Shown here piece after piece: positions 58,240 to 64,000 of a stretch of 64,000 nt of DNA (the stretch's first letter is position 1; each line of letters starts with the position of its first letter). A model generated the notes under the pieces. That model saw only the letters and a list, made by a program, of their open reading frames with translations, had not been told where the DNA came from and did no database searches. The position numbers and the translations under genes were made by a program. Source of the DNA: Candidatus Microgenomatus sp. (lineage in GTDB: Bacteria > Patescibacteriota > Minisyncoccia > UBA6257 > GWB1-50-10); the NCBI GenBank assembly GCA_020724805.1, contig DYGI01000001.1, forward strand, positions 8,934-72,933, written 5' to 3'.

Positions 58240-59670
58240 TCAAGCGATACGCGGGAAAAGCGTTTCGGGCTTTTTATTCGCTTGTATTGCCGTCGACATT
58301 TTCTCGCTCGTCGTTGGAAGAAAGGGAGCAAGGCTCCTTACGATGCTCGCGAGCTCGGAAACAAGCTCCGCGATGAGGGCTTTGCCTTTTTCGACGTCGG
58401 TTTTCACCAACTTGAACGGCTCTTCGTCGTTAATCTTTTTGTCGAGTTTTTGAATACGTACCCAAAGCACGTCCATCGCTTTTTTAATTTCAAATCCGTG
58501 GATTACGTGAAGAGTCGGCTCAAATTCGGGTATTGGCTCTGAAAGATTATCTTCCGCAAGTTTCATCACGCGCGCCGCCAAATTTCCCAACCCATTCGCA
58601 AGATTCGCATTGTATGCCTCCTTAAAACCTTCCCAGGTAAAATCCCCGTCTTCAAATGTCGGCATCTCGCGGAGAAGCCAATAACGGAGTGCATCCACCC
58701 CGTACTTTTCAACAACTTCGAAAGGATCTATGACGTTCCCGCGGCTTTTCGACATTTTCTCGCCACCCGAAGTAATGAACCCATGGATAAGGATGTGGCG
58801 CGAGGGAGGGAGCCCCGCAGACATGAGCATTGCCTGCCACATCGCGGACTGCTGCCTCAAATTATCCTTGCCCGCAAGCTGAATGGCCTTCGGCTCTTCT
58901 TTGGTCCCCCAAAATTCCGAGAATTTCTTTTCATCGGCAGGCCATCCGAGCGTAGATACATAGTTCACGAGCGCGTCGAACCATACATACATCACATGGC
59001 TTCCGTCGCCCGGCACCGGCACGCCCCACGGCATCTTTTCTTTCAGGCGCGAAATACTGAAATCTTTGAGCCCGTCCGCCACAAAATTCCGTATCTCGGT
59101 TTGCCGATGCGCAGGCACCACAAAATCCGGGTACCGCTCATAGAGTTCAAGGAGTGGTTGTTGGTATTTGGAAAAACGGAAAAAATAATTCTCTTCCTCG
59201 CGCTCCTCAATTTTGAGATTGGGGTGAATGGGACACTTCCCGCCCTCAAGTTCGGAGTCGGTCTTTTCGAGCTCGCATCCCACGCAATATTTCGTCGCAT
59301 ACTTTGCTTTATAAATATCCCCCGCCGCATCACATCGGCGCCAAAATTCCTGCGCCGCCGCCATATGATCTTCGTCCGTGGTGCGGATGAAACGCCCCGC
59401 CTGAAGATCCGCACCAAGTGATTCGACGAGCCTTAGAAAATGCGCGGTATTTTCATTCACATACGCCTGCGGTTCTTTGCCTTCGGCGCGCGCGTTCTCA
59501 TATATCTTGGTACCGTGCTCGTCCGTGCCGGTATTAAAAAACACTTCATGCCCCTGCGCACGGAGGTCTCGTGCGATGGCATCCGCTTGCACGAGCTCAA
59601 GCGCAAACCCGATGTGGGGCGCCGCGTTCACATAAGGAAGCGTGGTAGTGAGGTAAGCCTTTTTCGCCAT
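58240..59670 (-). CDS. metG: methionine--tRNA ligase
   Basis: 476 aa; HIGH-type (PYVNAAPHIGF), KMSKS (KMSKSRGNV), Zn knuckle CxxC...CPxH. Confidence 0.9.
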   Translation of the reverse strand: MAKKAYLTTTLPYVNAAPHIGFALELVQADAIARDLRAQGHEVFFNTGTDEHGTKIYENARAEGKEPQAYVNENTAHFLRLVESLGADLQAGRFIRTTDEDHMAAAQEFWRRCDAAGDIYKAKYATKYCVGCELEKTDSELEGGKCPIHPNLKIEEREEENYFFRFSKYQQPLLELYERYPDFVVPAHRQTEIRNFVADGLKDFSISRLKEKMPWGVPVPGDGSHVMYVWFDALVNYVSTLGWPADEKKFSEFWGTKEEPKAIQLAGKDNLRQQSAMWQAMLMSAGLPPSRHILIHGFITSGGEKMSKSRGNVIDPFEVVEKYGVDALRYWLLREMPTFEDGDFTWEGFKEAYNANLANGLGNLAARVMKLAEDNLSEPIPEFEPTLHVIHGFEIKKAMDVLWVRIQKLDKKINDEEPFKLVKTDVEKGKALIAELVSELASIVRSLAPFLPTTSEKMSTAIQANKKPETLFPRIA

Positions 59671-60689
59671 TATACCAACCCTCTCCGATCACGTTTTTGT
59701 TCGGCGAGGTAATTGAACATCTCTTGCGCCAATACCGCGATAGGAACCGAAAGGAGGATGCCGGGGAACCCTGCCACCGTGCCTCCCACCAAAAGCGCCA
59801 TCACTACCATTACCGGGTGCACTTTGACCGCACGTCCCATTACCACAGGAGTAAGCACATGATTCTCAAGTTGTTGCACAAGGAAAAAGAAGATGAGCGT
59901 GTAGAACCCAAGCGTCCATGAACTTCCCGCCGCGACGAGAAATCCGATAGCGCCCGTCACAATGGGCCCGATGATCGGCACGATCTCGAAAACCGCAGCG
60001 AGGAGACCGAGCGCAAGATAATACCGAACCCCAAGGAGCCAGAGCCCGAGCGCTACAACCACGCCAACCGCAAGCGAAAGTCCCAACTGCGCCGAAAACC
60101 AGTTCCTTATCTTTTCCTTGAATCGCGTAAAGATAGTGAGAAAACCGCGCTCGTATGCGTCGGGGAGAATGACCTTCAAAAATCGCTCCGTTCCTTTTTC
60201 TTCCACGGTGAGATAGAAGGAAATCACGATAGTCGCGATGACGAAGAGCAATCGTTCGAATGCGGACCCTATGGCGCCGGTCACCGAAAAATCTGACGAG
60301 GAAAGGAATGCGAATGCCTGTTCCAGATTCCCGCTTACATTTTCTATAACGCGCTCAGGAACTCCGATGTTGAAAAGCGTGCGGAGCGAATCGCTGAAGT
60401 GCGCCACAAAACTCCCGAGTTCGGAGATGACGATGGGAAGCACGAGATACACTACCGCCGCAAGCACGATGAGCGCCGCCACGAACACGAACGAGGTTCC
60501 GAGCAGGCGGGGAATGCGATGACGCTCGAGAAAACTCACAAAAGGGTCGAGACCGAGCGCCACCACGATCGCGATGATAAACATCCCGATAATCTCTCGA
60601 GCAAGCACAATAAGGAGAAGGGCGCCCGCAAAAACCGCGATACGCCACAACGAACTCCAGCTTATTTCGAAACGGGACTCGGGATTCAC
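59670..60689 (-). CDS. AI-2E family transporter (UPF0118/PerM-like)
   Basis: 339 aa; 7-8 TM helices, typical AI-2E topology. Confidence 0.7.
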   Translation of the reverse strand: MNPESRFEISWSSLWRIAVFAGALLLIVLAREIIGMFIIAIVVALGLDPFVSFLERHRIPRLLGTSFVFVAALIVLAAVVYLVLPIVISELGSFVAHFSDSLRTLFNIGVPERVIENVSGNLEQAFAFLSSSDFSVTGAIGSAFERLLFVIATIVISFYLTVEEKGTERFLKVILPDAYERGFLTIFTRFKEKIRNWFSAQLGLSLAVGVVVALGLWLLGVRYYLALGLLAAVFEIVPIIGPIVTGAIGFLVAAGSSWTLGFYTLIFFFLVQQLENHVLTPVVMGRAVKVHPVMVVMALLVGGTVAGFPGILLSVPIAVLAQEMFNYLAEQKRDRRGLV

Positions 60690-61960
60690 ACCTTCAATAT
60701 ATCAAGAAATGAGGCGTCCTTATAGGGGCCTATAAGCGCAAGGTTGAGCGCGTCGTTTTTGAAAAGATTCCGCGCCACCCCTTGAATCTCCTCCGCGGTG
60801 ACCGCCTGCAGCTTTGCCACGTATTCTTCGGGCGATTGGAGAGGCATACCCATCACCTCCTGCCCCCCATAGTAGTACCCTTGGGTGTCCGAGGTTTCGA
60901 GTGAAAGCACGAACTGGCCCGTAACATGGCGTTTCGCACGGTCAAGGTCTTCCTCGCTCACTTTTTCTTTCGTGAACCGTAAAAATTCTTCGAGACCCGC
61001 ACCGACCACATCCCTCAGCTTGTCGTGGGTAACGCCCGCGGACATCTCGATGAGGCCGTGGTCGGAAAAGAGGTCGGCGCCCGCGCGCACGTAGTACGCG
61101 GCGCCAAGTTCCTCGCGTACCCGCTGGAAAAGCCGGGAACCCATGCCGCCGCCCAAAATGTCCGCGAGAAGCTCAAGCGCGTACCGCCGCTCGTCGCGAA
61201 GGTCGAACGCGCGGAATCCCATCACCAAATGTGTCTGGTCGGATTCTTTGAATTTTACGAGCTCGCGTGGCCGGTCCTGGGTTTCAACAACCTTCGGCTT
61301 CGTTCCTTTTTCCCCACGTGCAAGCATTCCAAAATGGGCCTCAACGGCGCGCTTCGCATGCGCCGCATCGAATCCTCCCGCGATGACCACGGTGGTTGCT
61401 TGTGGCAAGTAGTGTGCGGCGCGGTATTTCAGAAAATCTTCGCGCGTGAATTTTTTCACGGTTTCCTTTTCGCCCGCGATGTTCCATCCTGCGGGCTGGT
61501 CACCATACACCAATTCAAAGAAAAGATCGTTTACCCTTCTTTGAGGGAGATCTTCATACATATTGATCTCCTCAATGATTACGCCTTTTTCTTTCTCGAT
61601 TTCCCCGGAGTCAAAGGTAGGGTGAAGATAGAGGTCCGTCACAATATCAAGCGCCTGGTGGAATGACTCGTTTTTCACCTTTGCGTAATAGGTGGTGTAT
61701 TCGTGACCGGTAGAAGCGTTGTACTCGGCACCAAGTCCATCCAATTCGCCCGCAATGTCTATGGGACGCGGGCGCTTCGTGGTTCCTTTAAAGCACATAT
61801 GCTCCAAAAAGTGCGAGATGCCGTTTATTTCCTTCGTTTCGTACTTACTCCCGGCCTCCACAAGAACCGCCACGGTCGTTGCCAAACTCTGCGCGTTCGG
61901 CACGAGAATGACACGCACGCCGTTTGGAAGAATGACACGTTCAAAGTTTTTCATATTCAC
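60686..61960 (-). CDS. M16 family (pitrilysin-like) zinc peptidase
   Basis: 424 aa; HFLEH inverted zinc motif. Confidence 0.8.
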   Translation of the reverse strand: MNMKNFERVILPNGVRVILVPNAQSLATTVAVLVEAGSKYETKEINGISHFLEHMCFKGTTKRPRPIDIAGELDGLGAEYNASTGHEYTTYYAKVKNESFHQALDIVTDLYLHPTFDSGEIEKEKGVIIEEINMYEDLPQRRVNDLFFELVYGDQPAGWNIAGEKETVKKFTREDFLKYRAAHYLPQATTVVIAGGFDAAHAKRAVEAHFGMLARGEKGTKPKVVETQDRPRELVKFKESDQTHLVMGFRAFDLRDERRYALELLADILGGGMGSRLFQRVREELGAAYYVRAGADLFSDHGLIEMSAGVTHDKLRDVVGAGLEEFLRFTKEKVSEEDLDRAKRHVTGQFVLSLETSDTQGYYYGGQEVMGMPLQSPEEYVAKLQAVTAEEIQGVARNLFKNDALNLALIGPYKDASFLDILKV

Positions 61961-62002
61961 AGATGATACGGGAGAAGACGAAGATGCGCAAACAAAAACA
62001 CC

Positions 62003-63289
62003 CTATGCAAGGTGTTTTTTAAAATATTCTGCGAGTTCCTTCATCTTCACTCTCTCCTGTTTTGCGGTGTCGCGGTCGCGGACGGTGACGTCGTCATTTT
62101 CCAAAGAGTCAAAATCTACCGTGATGCAGTAGGGCGTTCCCGCTTCATCTTGTGAAAGGTAGCGCTTTCCGATGTTGCCGCGGTCGTCCCATGCCACCGT
62201 AAACTCCTTCTGAAGGTCCTCATAAATTTTTCGCGCTTTTTTCACAAGATCCGGTTTGTTCGCAAGGAGCGGAAACACCGCTGCTTTTATAGGCGCGATG
62301 CGTGGGTGGAATTTCATCACCACGCGATCGCCATCCTCCGTATATGCCTCGCAGAGAGCCGCGAGCGCGATGCGCTCCACGCCCGCCGACGGCTCGATGA
62401 CGTACGGGAGATAACGCTCTTTTTTCTCCTCATCGAAATAGGTGAGGTCCTGCTTGGATGCTTTTTGGTGCGCCGAGAGATCAAAATCTCCGCGGTTCGC
62501 GATACCTTCTATCTCCTGCCACCCGAACGGGAATTCGTACTCAATATCAGTGGTCGCTTTGGAATAGTGGGCGCGTTCTTCTTTTTCCTGCTCGCGCTTC
62601 CGTACATTTTTCAAACCAATGGACTTGTACCACGTAAAACGCTCCTTTACCCACTCACTAAATTGTTCTTCGTCCTCACCAGGCTTCACGAAATATTCGA
62701 GCTCCATCTGCTCGAACTCGCGTGTGCGGAACACGAAGTCGCGCGGGTTTATTTCATTCCGAAACGCTTTCCCTATTTGCGCGATACCGAATGGGAGCTT
62801 CACGCGGGTGGATGAAAGTACGTTCTTGAAATTCACGAAAATCCCGCCCGCCGTTTCGGGGCGAAGGTAGGCGATAGATTCCGAACCTTCCGCCGCACCT
62901 ACATGTGTTTGGAACATAAGGTTGAACTGGCGGGCATCCCCAAGGACACCGTCGCAATCGGGGCATTTCTTCTCAACTTGATCCGCACGAAAACGATGGT
63001 GACACTTCTTACACTCCACCATCGCGTCAGCAAAACCAGAAACATGCCCCGACGCTTCCCACGCCTTCGGGTTCATGATGATGGCTGCCGAGAGACCCAC
63101 CACATCGTCGCGACGACGCACCACATCATGCCACCACGCCTGCTTGATATTGAACTTGAGTTCAACACCCAAAGGGCCCCAGTCATAAAATCCCGCAAAC
63201 CCGCCGTAAATCTCGCTCCCGGGATAAACGAAACCGCGCCGCTTCGCGAGCGCCACGATCTTTTCCATCAATTTCCCTTCTTTCTTCAT
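62003..63289 (-). CDS. glyQS: glycine--tRNA ligase, dimeric (alpha2) type
   Basis: 428 aa single-chain class II GlyRS with anticodon-binding domain. Confidence 0.9.
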   Translation of the reverse strand: MKKEGKLMEKIVALAKRRGFVYPGSEIYGGFAGFYDWGPLGVELKFNIKQAWWHDVVRRRDDVVGLSAAIIMNPKAWEASGHVSGFADAMVECKKCHHRFRADQVEKKCPDCDGVLGDARQFNLMFQTHVGAAEGSESIAYLRPETAGGIFVNFKNVLSSTRVKLPFGIAQIGKAFRNEINPRDFVFRTREFEQMELEYFVKPGEDEEQFSEWVKERFTWYKSIGLKNVRKREQEKEERAHYSKATTDIEYEFPFGWQEIEGIANRGDFDLSAHQKASKQDLTYFDEEKKERYLPYVIEPSAGVERIALAALCEAYTEDGDRVVMKFHPRIAPIKAAVFPLLANKPDLVKKARKIYEDLQKEFTVAWDDRGNIGKRYLSQDEAGTPYCITVDFDSLENDDVTVRDRDTAKQERVKMKELAEYFKKHLA

Positions 63290-63293
63290 ATCG

Positions 63294-64000
63294 TTACGGT
63301 ATCACACGCCCTTGGTCTCCCGCTACCGTAAGATCGTCCTCCAATCTGGTAGTTTCGGGACCGGTGCGCGAGGAAAGCGAAAGGCCTGTCCACGCATCGG
63401 TTCCGGTAAATGTCGTATCGAGAAGAATGGTCTGGTAATTCCCCGCGTCGGTCTGCGCGGGAGTCGCACGCACTTGGAACACCGCTTCCAGAGGCGCATT
63501 TACCACCCCCTTCGCCGCCGGAATCTTATCGATAGTCCATACCACTTCCCGCGTCGCGCTCTCATAGAGTGGTACTGAATCTCCGCTCGTTACCTTCACG
63601 AGTCCCGTCCATTCCACCCCCGCGGGGAGCGTCGCACGCGTCTCTCCTTTCTCCACGTCAGTGGAATAATTCGTGATAAGCCAATGTACGGTATATTCCG
63701 TCGATACGCCTACCCGAGGAGGAAAAGCTCCTCCATTTACGATTGCGGAAGCAGCGTCACGATGGAACGACTTCGTTTGAACGGTCGCGAGGCCGGCGAG
63801 CTTTGTTTCGTGCACCGCAAGTGCGGTGGTTTTTTCCGCGGCAAGATAGGACGGCACGGTGGGAGATTCTGCCGCCACAGTGAGACGCAATGAAAAATTC
63901 TTGTCGGAGAGCCTGCGGATGGGGAACGTAGTAGCGAGCGGCACCGCAAGCGCAACTTCGCCGGACGCGTTTGCGTCGAGAAGGCGAAATGCGGGGATAT
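63294..64000 (-). CDS. hypothetical protein (5' end probably beyond window)
   Basis: Minus-strand ORF continues to window edge; no family recognised. Confidence 0.3.
   Translation of the reverse strand, partial: IPAFRLLDANASGEVALAVPLATTFPIRRLSDKNFSLRLTVAAESPTVPSYLAAEKTTALAVHETKLAGLATVQTKSFHRDAASAIVNGGAFPPRVGVSTEYTVHWLITNYSTDVEKGETRATLPAGVEWTGLVKVTSGDSVPLYESATREVVWTIDKIPAAKGVVNAPLEAVFQVRATPAQTDAGNYQTILLDTTFTGTDAWTGLSLSSRTGPETTRLEDDLTVAGDQGRVIP

Overview
This 64-kb window is GC-rich (~57%), gene-dense bacterial DNA. It carries core information-processing genes (recG, ligA, gatCA, pheS, tyrS, leuS, metG, a single-gene dimeric-type glyQS, infB-rbfA, clpP, htrA, tmk, nfo, a CCA-adding enzyme, two greA paralogs). 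A long minus-strand block encodes a complete type IV pilus / competence apparatus without a secretin (pilM-pilN-pilO-pilB-pilT-GIY-YIG-pilC-pilA-pilA-pilD plus three or four minor pilins, with comFC divergent). There are 18 tRNA genes. The gene content (no pilQ, single-gene glyQS, many tiny hypotheticals, cell-wall amidase and NlpC/P60) fits a small-genome monoderm lineage such as Patescibacteria/CPR, but that assignment is inference only. An accessory region at 26.7-34 kb encodes a BNR beta-propeller protein with a T9SS-type C-terminal sorting tail, a 1476-aa surface protein and a glycine-rich fibre-like secreted protein. The most unusual signal is non-coding. At least six tRNA genes (Pro, Arg-GCG, Glu, Ser-GCU on the minus strand; Lys, Leu on the plus strand) are followed on their own strand by a 100-180 bp hairpin-rich insert, and each insert is bounded distally by a direct repeat of that tRNA's own T-loop-to-3'-end segment (17-28 nt). 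This is an attL/attR-like architecture. Three of the inserts (Pro, Arg-GCG, Ser-GCU) form one family with two hairpins that show compensatory base-pair changes. Two others (Lys, Leu) share a different GC-rich core. Both tRNA-Ala genes carry a conserved 5'-leader hairpin, again with a compensatory change. A 400-bp structured untranslated region with a terminator immediately before the start codon lies upstream of leuS. No CRISPR array, rRNA or integrase gene was seen. Many ORFs in the supplied track overlap tRNAs or lie antisense to real genes and are treated as spurious. The ORF track starts some ORFs at TTG/GTG (translated as M), so several CDS starts were moved to internal ATGs.
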